From Azolla caroliniana (taxonomy: Eukaryota > Plantae > Polypodiophyta), in the NCBI GenBank assembly GCA_043228905.1, contig JBHGNT010000010.1:3224001-3288000 (forward strand): a stretch of 64,000 nucleotides of DNA, written 5' to 3'. Position 1 is the stretch's first letter. Each line of letters opens with the position of its first letter. Made by a program: the position numbers and the translations under genes. Shown here in pieces: positions 25,701 through 40,700 of this stretch. The notes below the pieces were generated by a model, which saw only the letters and a list, made by a program, of their open reading frames with translations, did no database searches and was not told where the DNA came from.

Positions 25701-28700
25701 ATAGTGCTTTTAAAAGGAACACTCCCACCAATCTACACAGAAGGCTTACTATATTATGCTTTTTATATGGAACACTTCCATTGACCTACATAGCAGGTTT
25801 ACTATTATTAATGCTTTTATCTGCATTCGCAAGAAATCATAGCAAAATAAATGAAAGTATTACTCACTGACTGAACAAGGTAACTGCAAAGGTTACGTCT
25901 TCGTGCAAGTGCTGGAAGAAACTGGAAACAAGTTATTTCCTGTGGACATAAGACAAAGTTGAATTGGGAAATCCTGTTTGAAAATCAGCTTCCATAGTAA
26001 CCACCTTTAACAAGTAGAAAGAAGTTTGGAATTACCAATAAGCTCTTTTCCCCTGGCCAGCATGTCAATGCAACAACTGCCAGTCTAACCAGACATTCTA
26101 ATGCAGACCTACCATCCCCTTGCTCACTAAAGGCAACCACGACTGGATGTCTTTCAGTTGCTATGGCCGTTTGTTGAACTTCACTCTCTGTGCCGGATGG
26201 AGTCGAGTTTGGACCTCTTCCAGCATCCATAGGTAAAAGATAGGTGTCAACCCACCGAGCAAAGAACCATACAATCGCCTGCAAAGAACCATCATCATAA
26301 TTATCTTAAACATTTGCAAATTATGTGACCCGGAGACCAGGAGTTTCAGATGCTTTAATTCCTCCATGCAAATTCATTTGGCTAGAGGATTGTCTACTAA
26401 ACAGACTAAAGAGACTCAGGTGAGTGTCAACTACTTCTCGGTTCAAAGAGCAGCTTCACATTAACTTATATGCATGATTCACATTTAACACATGTTGGAG
26501 TCAATATTCAAGTAGATACATGATTCTCAATAGTCTACTGACGCATTTCAAAATTCCCACTTTTACTAATCATTTCAAATTTCCACATGCAACTTTTCAG
26601 CTCCAAAGATATGACAACACAATCTTATTGAAGATCAGATGTGGCATGATGATCAGAAAATATGTAAAGCACTAGAGGAAATTCATGGAGACTTGGCATT
26701 GATAAAGTATCATTCAACTCATTACCCCTTGGGTCCTCAGACATCAGGTTTCAGACAATGCTCATGCACAAATACTGATAGAATATCTTACACTATTCAA
26801 TAAGGAAGGTTAAAGTAATACCTCCATTAAACGAGCACTAAAAAATGATCTTCCTGAACACAGATCCAGACTCCTCTGGGCTAATGAAATAGCTGACCTG
26901 TGTATTATCAAACCATGCTCCATCAAATAATGGGCAAAATAAATTTGAAACATAGACAAAATCTCAACCATTAACAATACAAAAAGTATTCTTTTCTGTT
27001 TTAAACTGAAAGTTGTTTTATTAGGTGCCATTCCGAAATGCAATTATAAAACCATTTAAATTGTTTCCAAAAGACATCCAATACAACTTTAAAAGCAAAG
27101 ATTTCATTACATCAACCAAAAAGGCAAACATCAGGATAGTATGTTGACCCAGCTACTCCTGTTTATCTCAAATTTATCAATGGTAACTCCTGTTTATCCA
27201 AAGAATAGCACACAAGAGTTTGCTGGAGAAAAATTACAATGAAATCAACCATCAGGAAAGTATGGTGACCTAGCTACTCCTGTTTGTCTCAAATCTATTA
27301 ATGATTACTCCTGCTTGTCCAAAGATTAGCACACAATATTGCTGGCATACAATTACAAAGGGCCTGAACAATTCTTCAATAGGGATGAGTACCAACCTGA
27401 AAGCATGGAAACAATGTAAAATTATCCTTTCGATGAGAAATGTACAGAGTAAGACCCAGAAGGAAAGGAAGGCCAAAATCATCGTATGAGACAAATCAGA
27501 GCCACGTAAATCCCCAATGCTCCACGCTCTCACAATACTTGCCACATATCTCATCTCACTTAAGAGGAGTCTATAGAGGCTGAAACAAGCTTCCAAATAA
27601 TGGTATAAAAATTTTGATGCTTCCATGTTATCACATGGGTTTTAAAAGAGCCGTGCAGATTATTGTATTTACACAGAAAGGGATGTAGACTGTAACCCCA
27701 TCATTTTGGTATTGATGGAAAAAAGCAAACTAATCTTAATGCACTTGCAGACCAGCTAAAATCACCTTTTCCATTAAAGATAAGACTCAACTGAACACAT
27801 ATCTTGTGTATGAGAATAAAGAGGAATGAGCAGCAGTGGCTGCTTTAAGTATCCCAAGAAACGTACATTGAAAGCAATAGGTCTAGCTTCACAGCCACAT
27901 GTCAATTGAGCAAAAACGACTACCCAATACACGCTGCAGCAGCTTGTAGTTCGTTGATGTATGCCATGGATGCTACAAGACAAGACATTGCACGTGCAAC
28001 GGGAGTTGTTAGTAGACTCATGGGTAATCCCGGAAAGGCCCACTATGAAACCATAAAGTCAATTGTAAGATATTTGAAGGGGGCAATAAGTAAATATCTG
28101 CATTATCAAAAGGTTCCACTGGAATTACAAGGATTCTGTGACTCCGATGTGGTAGATGATGTGGATACACACAAACCCACTAGCAGATATGTATTTCAGT
28201 GAATATATTGTCTACTACTGTGGCTGAATATATTTCAGTGACTGAGCTTCCACAGAAGCTATATGGTTGGCACGTCTCTGCAATGAGCTTAGTCTACCTA
28301 TGAGGACAGCAATCCTACATTGTAATAGCTAGAGTGTCATATGCTTGCAATTGCCATGTTTCATGCATGCACTAAGCATATTGATGCGCAATATCACTAC
28401 ATAAGAAAGGTGACAAAAGCTGGGCTCATCTCATCGCATACAATCAGCAGTACAACAGTGCGAGTTACAAATTAAGTAAAAATTGACTAAGCATGTTGAG
28501 TTGCAATATCACTACATAAGAAAGGTGACAAAAGCTGGACTCATCTCATTGCATAAAATCAGCAGTACAACATTGCGTTCAGCTAGTGGGAGTTACAAAC
28601 TAAGTACAAATTGATTGAGTATTACGGTCCAACAATTTCCTGTTTATACATTCATAAAGACCCTTTCATATTGCCGTTCTCTTGAGAGCTTCTATATTTG

Positions 28701-31700
28701 GGTCACTTGACCAGTGTAAACTGGCTAAAGTGCCCTAAAATCACATTCCAATAAAGCAATATATTTTTTACTCTTAAAATAGATTATTAGGGTCTCCAAA
28801 AACCTAAGTGTATCTTCATCCTCTTCTTTCATCTAAACACGATGCGTGAGCTTCATAATTGAAAGCTCAAAGCACCTTATTCCCAAAACTGTCTTTTCTG
28901 GGTCTCCAAATTTACAAGATCCTTACCAAGAATCAGAGTGAAAAAAGAAGACGCCCTGATTTGCCCAATGATATGCTCACTTGTGGGCAGTACTTCCTCT
29001 CTAGAAAAAGCCATTCTAAAGTCATCTGAAGGAACACCACTCCACGGATATTTTCTAACCCATCTTTATGGGGCTCAGGTATGTAATGGAGAGAAGACAT
29101 TTAAAATGCAAGTATTATCTAGAAACAGCAACATGAGATGCCTTTTCCTGGAATTTTTATCTGATCTTTGGCAAAGAAAACATACACTATCAAATCAAAC
29201 AAAAACTAATAGGAAAAAGAAATGGTGAAACAAACCGTGAGAGTAGAACTACAGGATGATCAGTCAAATCTGTGCTTCCTGGTAAGTGTTCAAGTATAGC
29301 CTCTGGAACCTGACAAAGGAGACAAAATCACACGACAATCAAAATGTTCAGGAGGATCTGGACAGTCTCTTTAAACAAACTTCTAATGGCACGGACAGTT
29401 TGAGATTTCATTTACCTCATAAAATATAAATGGTGCAATTAAAAACAGAACAAACAATCAGGCTTTTACTTACCATGGGAGTTTCTCCATCCCCAGGATC
29501 CGCCAGAACATGACCAGAAATAAGCAATGTCCAATGAACTTCCTCCAACAGAGAACTTGGATAATCTGTGTTGCCTGTAAACTGCACATTTTGATTGAGC
29601 ATTATTTATTTTATTTAGATGAACTCAATATTCTAGATGTAAATTCTTTAATCCCTCATTACTCCAAACTTCCATAAAATTAATGTGTCAATGCCATCAG
29701 CTTTTGTTTCTGTTATTTGGGCCATCAAATTTCCAACTCAACAGGAAAAATGAAAATGCTCCAAATATCTCAAAATATCAAAATCAAAGAAAATACAATG
29801 AATTAATCAGTCTTGATAAACTTGAAGGGAGGTGGAGGACATAATCAATATAATAAATGATGATTAGCTTACTCCCATAGACACATATCATTTATGTCAT
29901 TCCATAGATTCTGAAATTACAATTTATTTTAAGGCTCCCGTCAGCACAACATGTTATTCCACATGCTCTCTAAGCATCTTCTATTGGGGACGCAATACTG
30001 GGTAATACAGATATGCAATTTTATGGTTCATAAAGAAGAACTTATCTTCTAGGTTCTTGGTGGTTAGTGAGTTGCTATATTTAATATCTTTATACTTATC
30101 TTAATATCTGATATCTTAGAGAGCCATCATTTTATGGTTCATACAGGAGAACTTTTTTCTAGGTTCTTGGTGGTTCGTGAGTTGCTATATCTGATACCTT
30201 GATACTTATTTTCACAGCAGTACAATAAACACCATGGAGCCTGCAGGAGGCATTCATTGGCTCCTTATGGATCGGACTACAATGCTGGAGCCAATTCCTT
30301 TATGCATAGGATGAGTCATAGTTTGAGCTTCTTAGCAGTGAGCAAGCTATAATGGCTCACATTAATGTACAGTGCATACCCAATCAGTTCAGGATAATAT
30401 CCAGTGAGACCAACATATCTTGATATCTACTAAGATGCCATGAATGGCTTCCAATTTGACTAGATATATTTGTTAACAGAGAGCATTTCGTAGTAAGAAG
30501 TACAAACGTCCTCAGTTAAATGCTTGTTCACCAATTATGCTCGGTGGCAGGAAAACAGGGTACAGAACCAGTTCCAATGATAGAATTTGTAGTAAGTTCA
30601 GAAAAACTTGCCATATGGAGGCACTGGTAATGTTACCTACTCACAAACATCTAGCTAGCTTCATAAACTTCTCTACATGAACAATCATCCCATGTAAGTT
30701 CACCTGTTGATGAAATGGAACAAGGTTATCGTTCTACCTCAATTGTGACCTAAATAAGAGTTCATGCATGAAAATCAGCAAGTACGAGGCTAACTAAATA
30801 TAGTCATCTTCTCACAAAAATCATTATTAAACTGACATGTCTTCTGTAAATTTGGATCATTGTAACAAGAAGAGAGGACTGCTTAAATATTTCAGCAGTT
30901 ACACTCTCAAAGTGAAATATAGTTAAATTAATTCATAGAGAAAAATGAATAACCAACCTCGCATAGAAAGGAACACCGTTCAGCCAATAGTGCAGCCAAA
31001 AGTGATATAGATTCTGCTGGAGCTGCACGGGCTATCAACGCAAACGCACTGAGACGCTCATCTCTAGCTGCAGTGTAGATATAATTAATGAAATTTCAGT
31101 AAAATATCCATCAAGGTAGAATTACGTACACAAATATTGCAACATAATCCATAAAACCACAAAAATCATTCATTTGACTTCTCTGTGTCAATTCAAATTT
31201 CAATGTCTAAAGTTTGAGACATATACAAATAAAATTAAGTGAGAAGACATCCTAATATAGTGGAGATTGAATCTTCATAATACCCAAGAAACATATAAAT
31301 TTAAAATATCTTGTAAATAAAAAACATTCATATTTTTTACCAATGTACATGTGTGCCATATAAACCATTTGTATCTCAAGGTTGTTAAGCCATAAGACAG
31401 TACGTGTAAAGTGTGTCACAGTGTAGAGTGCTTATGCTAATTTGAGACTAATATCTTACAATATGGTAGATTCGGCAAAAAAATTCAATCATGAAACTTA
31501 AACATAAAATATCTCCAATATTAAGATTTAATAGATTAACAACAAAATCAAAGAATTTAGGCACGGATGTAGATTTTAATATGTTCAAAATACTAGGAGA
31601 AAATCCAAGTTCCTAAAATGGCTCGAACTTCGTTTGTTGGTAAAATGTTTCTAGCTAAATTCACCATTAGACAAAGCATCAGACATATAAAAAACACCAT

Positions 31701-34700
31701 CACTATCACACAAAATCTCCCTCAATAACTAGGTTGCCCTTGATTGGCTTGTTTACATTGATAAGTATATTCCAATTAAATTCCACCTCACCTATATTAG
31801 GATGTCTTGTCAATTTTCGATAACACACATTCGAGTGACAACACACTAAGCACTCTTAAGTTACAGGCATGATTATTTGTGGATGCCCCCCTCTTTCGTT
31901 ACTGTAATTAATTAGCTACTGTTTTACTCATTCTAGACTCAAAGTAAACACCTCTCCTCTGTTTCCTCTGGAATTCTTTTTCCTTCTTTCGTTTTCAACT
32001 TTCAAGTTAAGATTTCAAATATCAAATTTGCATGATCCATGCAGGTTGGACAAGAAAATGTGGTCTAAATGGTGACAAACAATGCCTCAAATTATGTGGC
32101 CATGGGGATTTATGGAGTAGAGTTTCCAAAAATTATATGGATTCCAAGAGCCAGTCATTTCCTTGACTTGCTGATGAAGACAGAAAATTTGTGATGGGTG
32201 AGGTATATTACAAGAAGCTATGGAGATTGTGAACTTTCACAAACAAATATAGGATCCTTAGTATGTAAGAAAAGAATGTAAAAATCTAAAGATTTTTGCC
32301 CTTTCAGAGAACTCTATTCGGAGATCTCTCCAACTTGGATCAGCTCATGATGGAGACCTTTTGAAGGCAGAAGTTTCAGCCCATCTATGTTCAGAATGTT
32401 AAATGAGATCCTCTGTTATCTTTTGCAATTCTACTAATTTAGATATACATTTTGGCTTGATGTTCTCAAAACCCAAACAAAATTATAAAATGTCCTTTTT
32501 CATTGTATATGAAATCTATTCTTCATCAAACAATGGTTACTACAATGTGGAATGATTGGGACGAGTCCTCTACACAAGAGAATAAATATATACAAAGTGT
32601 ATGATAAATAAGGATTTTAGGGTTTGAGTTTGAGCCTTAGTGATCTCTGTGATTCCAATTTCTAACATTCTTTGGATGATGGACATGGCAGGACCAATAG
32701 TGACAGTGGTGACCAGCTCTGTCTTGTAGGTCTCCCTATGCATTTCATGAGACAAGGACTGAGATAGGGGCATGTAAACAACTTAAAGCTCACAAAACGA
32801 GAGAGCTTGTAGAAATTATTGAGAAGAAGATGAAGTACATTGTCAGGATTGCAGCTTTACTTCAGCCATCCTACAAAGATCTCGTCTTGGCATCTGACTC
32901 TGAGTTGTGGGAGGATTGTGCTGCATTCCTTTAAAAGACACTCATGGGAAAGTCCTGCTCATGAAGAATTTTCTGTAGTCAAAACAATATTGTATTACAT
33001 CAGCTACAGATTGAGGTAGGCAGATATACACGACTACCTCTAGAAGAGAGAATTTGCCAATTGTGTCATCAAGGAGTAGAATCTGAGGAACACTATGTTT
33101 GTCATTGTAGTGTCTTTTATGAAATCAGAGGGAGATACCATTGCCTCTTTAAACAAGGCTTTGGCCCACTACGCAAGGTAATGGAATATGAGGACCAACG
33201 ATGCCTAGGACTTTTCTTGCTAGAGATCAAGAGACATCGGGAAAAGTTGTTGAAGAATACAGCCGCACAAGCTCATCCACAAAGAACAATCACAACTTTC
33301 TTTAGCCCCATCACTCCTACTAATGCTACAAGTCCATCACAGGATACACAAATGGGCCCCAGACCAGGACATAACAAAGGGGTTACAATTGATCGGGCAA
33401 TAGCAATTTTCCGTGCACGTACGCCCCGGCCCCATGGACCACGGCCTCGACACCCTTGTCATCGATAGATAAAAGCCATTATCTCCCGCCATCGTAGGTG
33501 CTTCCCTCGCTTCAGAGACATTTCCATTCTGCATCAACCTATGCTAGAGATCTTTCGAAGACAAAAGCTACAATATACCTAGCTTGAATCTCACATGTGC
33601 CAAAAACCAGATTCCCTCGTTTCTTCTCTTTTCATCTTATTTACTTTTATATTTATTGTGTAATATTTATTTTATTTTGATTTGTTCTCAAAGACGAGAA
33701 AACAATCAAGATGTAATCTCTTATTTGGTCTTATACGCCATTTTGGCCTCTTAAAAGACATTAATATATCTTTCTTTCTTCTCTCTCTGTAACAGAATAT
33801 TGTGTTCTCTGTAGTGAAAGAATACTGTATTCTTTATAGTAAAAGAATATTGTATTCTCTGTAACAAAACAATATTCTGAAGATATTAAGAATGGAGGGT
33901 AGCAATATTGCGTATGGCAGTCAGAATGTCAACTCCAAAAGGTGACCTCATGTGTATCCTCTGCATGTTAATACACAGCCTGATATCAACCCTTAAAGAA
34001 GATCAATTAGGCTTGACCAAGGAAGACCTTAATAAGAAAAGAACGAAAGGGGATTATCACTTCAATTTGTAGATAGATTGTTCTCTCTACTCGAAAGAAT
34101 GGGATATAACTCCATAAACAACATAAGAAAAAAAATGAGAAGATTCAAGCAAATTTGTTTTGGGGAAAATGAATGAGGATTATTTTACTTTTCATTTCAC
34201 ATTAGATAGTTATAGATTTCTGGTCAATTCAATAAAATTTTCAAAACAAAAGAAGTGTGCCCGCATTGAACCATATCTATGCAGAATACATTTATGTGAA
34301 CACACCATACATTGCAGTCGGTATACAGAAACCACCTTGCTCGATCTATACCAATGCCTACATCTTAATATATACACATACATAAAATACAGGACAAAAC
34401 TACAGTAAAATAATGCTAATGTTTGTACACCCAATGGTTTAGCTTAGCTAAATAGCTAAAGAGATGTTGCGTGGATAGAATAATAATAAATATGTACAAA
34501 AAATAATATCCATAACCCTCACTCTTTAACAACCTGCTATAGCAGCCTGTAATTGTTCAGATTCATCATCATCAGAAGAAGAAGAGGCAGCAGCAACTGC
34601 ATGAATACACAAGGGATGCGTATAAGTTATCATAAATTGCTGCATATGCTGCATAAATTGCTGCATATACCTCTCAATTCAGTATATACAAAGGTCCGAA

Positions 34701-37700
34701 ACACTCTTGCTGCTGCCTGTACTCCAGATTGTGGAAAAGGAATCCGTTTGCTTAAGTCTGCAGGCTGGTTGCATATAGAATGGTTCAATTTATTTTGGCA
34801 TAATACTAAATATTGAAATTAAATTGGAGCCTTTGAAAAATGTTATTTACAGATGTTATATTTACAATCCACTCTAGTCTCTTATCAATTTATGATTGAA
34901 TAACATTTGTATAAGAGATGCTCTTATAAAATAGACTTGTAATAGCTAGGGTATTACTTCAAATGTGTTAGGAATACACTTGAAATGAGTTCCAACTTCT
35001 AAGAATTAAGACCACCAGTTACACATCATGAATGCCGTCTTCTGCACATTGAGGCCAACCAGGGAAATAATGAAGAAATTTATATTTTCATTAGGATGCA
35101 GTGCGTTGAGCAAGTGACTTTAAAGATGGGATTAAGCATGAAATGCATAGTTGCGAGATACATTACATATCCCAATTCATAGAGCCCTCGTCCTATAGTT
35201 ATGTATTGAGACTGAGGCCTATCTCTTCATTGTTTCAAGTAGCTACTGGTCATAAACTTGATGAGAGAAGGTCCAAATTAAACAAAAAGACATTTTGATC
35301 AGCTTAAAGCATTGCACTTGTGAACAAAACCTAAAGGTTATGCAAAAGAAGTTGAATAGTTTACATGATCTCACCTGCAAAAGACATGTCCATGTATCAA
35401 GAAGACTGCCAGACGCTTCTTCTACCCAGGTTTCTTCATCATCCTGTTTTTCACCGCTAGCTTTAATAATTTCTTCAGTAAGTGATGATAAAAGCTGTAA
35501 GGTACTGTGGAAAACAAATAAATCCTCCATGAACCAAAAAGCCTTTCCAGTTTATTTTTATCAGAAATCAGCCTGAAAAGAGGAAAAATATGTTAAATAC
35601 CTTTGTCCTAAAGGCTTTAAGAAATTATCAAACGCTGCAGGAGATGTCAGACTTGCTATTGATCCTAGGGCCCGTAAACCATCAAGCAGCTCACTGTTAA
35701 TAGACAAACGAAACACTCGTTTAGTAAACATTACTGATGCGCTTTTTTGTTCCATGGAAGATTAATATGATTATCAAAACATAAAAAGATCAACAATCTT
35801 AGACAGGGCCTACCTTTCACTTTGTCCAGTTTTAACAGCCAAAATGGCAGACTCTGGAGGGCTGATCCAAGATGCAATGCCAGTTAGCATGCGTTGTAAA
35901 TGCTGCTCTTGTGTGACTCCTTTGTCTGAAAATAGTAATAAGCAGAGTAAACCAGAAGGTTGTGGTTTGTTTTTGGTGATGACAAAATGTATCTAGTAGT
36001 AGTAGCATTCAAAAGTAACAACATGAAACTGTCCTTACAGCCTGCCCAGTTCCTCTTTTCTTTCCACGTTCTAAATATATTGTACAAAAAAATCCATTAC
36101 AGTTATAGTTGTGTGTTAATTAAATCTGATTTCTATGAGCTTACCCGGAGGAAATATGTTTCCGGTAAGACAACAAAGCTGTAAGATCAGTTGTCTTGCT
36201 GACACACAAAGAGGAGAGTCAATCCAACTGTGTTCCAAGGTATGCTGCCTGATACAAGAATAAAAGTGCAAGATCCAGTTCGCATGATTTGGCGAAAGCA
36301 GAAGATCTTGCCATGAAGACCCTGGCTGATTCACATTTCCAGATAGGCAAGTTATTTGCCACCCATACATCCATTTAAAAGTTCAATGCATGCACAAATT
36401 CCGAACCTGGACAAATGCTCCAGACTCTCCACCACGTTTTCCATTCGAATAGTCATAACTCATGGAAAATGCACTAGCTCTGGCTTTTGCAATAACATTG
36501 ACCAAGCTTCCATGAAATTCCCAGCATAATATCTGACACATGAACCTCAAAGCTGATGCACAAACGTGCACTTCAAGATGTTTTGATGTATTCTGTAAAA
36601 CCTTGTCTGCTACACAGGATATTGCATCTAGAGCCCACGTATAAAATTTCTGGAAATAGTAAACATGAAAATAAGAAAGAATCAGCGTAGATATATACGA
36701 ATACATGGAGAATGGAGCTGCATAAACATAAGAAACTGATGTTCGTTTGAAAACAACCTTTACCTGTAAATACTCTAACTCTAATGATGCTCGGCAATGT
36801 TCATGAAATTCAGCAGACAAACCCATGACACTAGCTGTAGAAGGAGAGAATTCTGAAACCTAAAGTTTGAAGTGACGATGTCTTCAAAGTATGTGTCAAC
36901 TTTCCCTAAAAAACATAAAATCAATTGAAAAATATCACCATACCAATGACTCCAAGAAAGATATGCCTGCAACTTGACCAGACACGCCGTGTGCACCTAA
37001 AACAGCTTGTTTAACCTGAGAAAAAAGAGCAGTCATCTGAATTAGAAAGACAACAAAAAACCAACAAAGTTCACCCACATACACGGGCACAATGAGGTTT
37101 ACATTGTTTTTTATCAAAATCCTTCAGAATTAAAGAAAGAAATCTAATTACGTTTCTTGGGCTAGAACACTTTTGCCTTTGAAATATCTCTCACATGGGC
37201 TGATCCAAGATGGAGAGGCCTCGGGAGCAAGGGAAACGCCCTCCGTGGCCAATGATAATGGCTTTCATTAGTTGATAACAAGGGTGATGCTGCTGTTGTT
37301 TGGATGTGTCTTATGTGCATGACAAATTGCTAATGCTAAATCTATTGTAACTCCTTTCAAATGTCGTGGTCGAGACCCTAGTTGTGTAGCCCTTGATTGA
37401 ATTACAGCATGAGGACTGATGGAGCTAAAGAAAATTGTAATGGTTCTTTGTTGATGAAGATTAGTTGCATCATTATCTCGCAACATCTTCTATGTGTTTT
37501 GATTTCTAGCAAGGACAGTCCCAAGCCTCATTGATCTCGGTGCCATTATCTTACAAAGTGGATCAAACCTTGTTTGAAGAGGCACTGATATCTCTCCTAG
37601 TTATCATCTGATTCCACATTTGATGACACAATGGACAGACCAAACTTCCATAGATTTGCATATACACACGCTTGTCTCAATCTTTAACTGATGTCGCGAA

Positions 37701-40700
37701 GTCTTGAGTTGCACTATTATACTATGGAGAGCACGAGATATATTTGTATCCATATAAGAGGACCTGATGATAAAACCATCCTACAATGTGTAAAAAGAGG
37801 GCCTTATAGTGGGTTATCTTCCAAACACAAGACATTCTTCCATTATCCAATTTAATGATGTCAATTTGGATCACTCTATTCTTTTTCAGTTTGATTACAT
37901 TCAAAAGTACATCCAAAAATGATATTCTTTTCCACTTTGTTCATGTGCAAGTGTGGATAATCCAAACTAGCGCATTTATATATATACCAGGTGATTGGAA
38001 ACTTCCTTCCATTTCAGCATACTACAACTGGTTATCTACATCTTCTGCCACTTGCTTTGATGACATAAGTGCCAATATTGGGTATCTTTGACTTTAGAGC
38101 TCCAGAATCCATTGGATATCAGTCATTAATTGGAATAACGCCTTGGCCGTTATCAGTGTTACTCCCATCTAGGCCAGGATTATATCATAGGTCATCAAAA
38201 CTTTGCCATTATCATGTGGGCAATCATCAAGACTAAAGGCTCCAAATTTCTCCAGTTTCGTGACCCATGAAGGCTTAGTTTTATCCCATCAAAAGAAAAA
38301 AGGAAAGATATATGTTAATGTCTTTTAAGAGGCCAAAATGGCATATAAGACCAAACAATAAATTACATATTAAGTAATTTTTAGAGAATATTTGGTAATA
38401 CAGCTGTATGAAACAACCACAATATGAATACAGCTGTTCACCAGAAGAGAAGTCGAGACCCCAAAAGGATATAGGAAAGACAAAAAAACACATGAAATTA
38501 CTTGTCACATGGTTAGGAAATGAAGCCAGGAAAAGTTGCCAGTTTTACCCTCATATTCTCTATTTGACGTAAGAGTCACATGAAATGGAGGAACATAAAA
38601 CCCTCAAAGCAGAGAAATAAAGATTATTTGAGAGTTCATCTCCAAATGGACCTACCTTTATCCCTTTTACAAGTCCTTGGCAAGCAGTTTCCCACTGCCA
38701 GTCATGTAAAGTTTTATGTGGATCAGCAATCAGATGACCATTCTATACAAGTTCATGATCATTAGTTACTAATCCCTCCCACTGATAGTCATCACTGACT
38801 AGGCCACTTCTAATCAAGGATTCTCAGTAGAAGCATCTCACTGATCATTCTGAATGCATTCCATCAAGTTCCCATCTTCTTAGAAATTTACAGCCTTCTA
38901 GCGAATCCATACCATCAAAGTTACATCTATTAATTGTAGGCTTCCTGCTTTTATTATTATAGAAATTTGACATAAGATTGAAAGAATTTTTGAAACAATC
39001 TATAAAGAGATCAGATACTTAAATGATGTTCATATCGCTGCAACTTTTTGTTGTATTTGTTACCATTTGAACGCACAAATATTATGATATCTTCATCAAT
39101 GATGTTAATGGTCCAATATAATTCTTCCCACAGCCATGCTCTCCCATATCTCAATGTTTGCAAATAATATACCTCTTTTAACACAATACTATCTTTACCA
39201 TCATTTTAGATATCTATTCAAAATTGTTTAATCCTCTCAAAGGCTTCTATGGTAAATCTTATTTTGTTTCATAAAGAGAATCAAGCCTTCTGAAAATTTA
39301 AGGAGTTTCCCTTGTTGATAATTGGATTTTCTTACAAACATTTTGGAAGATCATTACTTGGTGAGCATAAGAATGACTAGAATTCATCCATATTGCATTC
39401 CAATTAGACAGGTTATTTTAGTGAGCCTTTGGGGTTTGCTTTCGACAAAGAGTTCTTGTATGAGGTTTGCCTATCCATTCATTAGTCACCACACAGACAA
39501 GATTGATCTTTGGCAGAACCACCACAATGGCATTTTTCTTGTGCCCAACTATGCAAACTGTAGTTGGAACTTTCTTCTACGTTGATGGATATTGTTCATG
39601 TATTTTAAATTACCCAACTTGTCTATCAAAACTTTCTTTCCTCAGAGAACTTTGTTGACCTAGAAAATATAATCTCCCAAGTTCTTTTCTCATGTGTGCA
39701 CTAAAGATGTGATGAGTCAAATATTACATGATTTATGAGAAGCATAATTATTAAAGAACGTGTACTTTATCTTAAGGATACTGTAGTAACACATATTCTA
39801 AATTTAAGAGCTGCCATTTCAACATGTTCCATGTATTTAACATACTCTATGTGTTTAACAAGAATTTTATATTTCCTAAATATTAATAAAAAATTGGCCA
39901 AAACACAATTGTTAGATTTAATACAAATATAAGAATTATTTAAAGTATTCTATGTATTTATTGTAATCTACAGATTTTATTTTTAGAATACATATTGTAC
40001 GTATTTGAAAGAAGAAAAATACTTAGCATACATATTCTACACATTGTATTCTAAGAATATTACAATTATGATAAGAATTATGTTGCACTATTTCAATCTC
40101 ATGTTATTCTAAGCCTACGTTACATCAAAGTGACGCATTCTTTACACTTAGGAGAAGCACATCTCAATCCTTTACAAGATGAACACACTGTTCTCATTTT
40201 TAGGATAGACTATGGCACAACTTTTGCTCAAATAGTCAAGTTTAACGTGTCACCAGTGCGGGGAGACAAGTTATTATAGCTACATCTGAGGTCACTTATA
40301 AAATGTATATGTTCCTTGTCCATTCCTCGACTCGTAAGGCTTTGTTCATGGTCCAACATGAATCATAAAACGTGGATGTATGGCTAGATTAGGATTCATT
40401 CATCAATAGATATTATGCACTTAGCATTTGATAATGTACAGAAATAAAAGAGCTGATTCCTAAAACCTGCCTTATATGAAAATCGCAATAAATCTGGTGC
40501 ACTAGGCAAAGGTTCCACATTCAAATTGGTAGAGAACCAAGCATAAACAATCAGAGGTTCCATTTTTTACTTTAGCTCATTTAATAAAGTAAAGGAATTT
40601 AATTTTAAATTTGTTTTGTTTGCTCCCCTTCGATGAAAACAGCTGTATTTTTTTTTCTCTTCACCCCATTGATTACCATCATGTTATAACAAGACTGACG

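Noticed and set aside
32171-32190. CTGATGA...GAAA hammerhead-like core
   Set aside because: No flanking helices can be formed.
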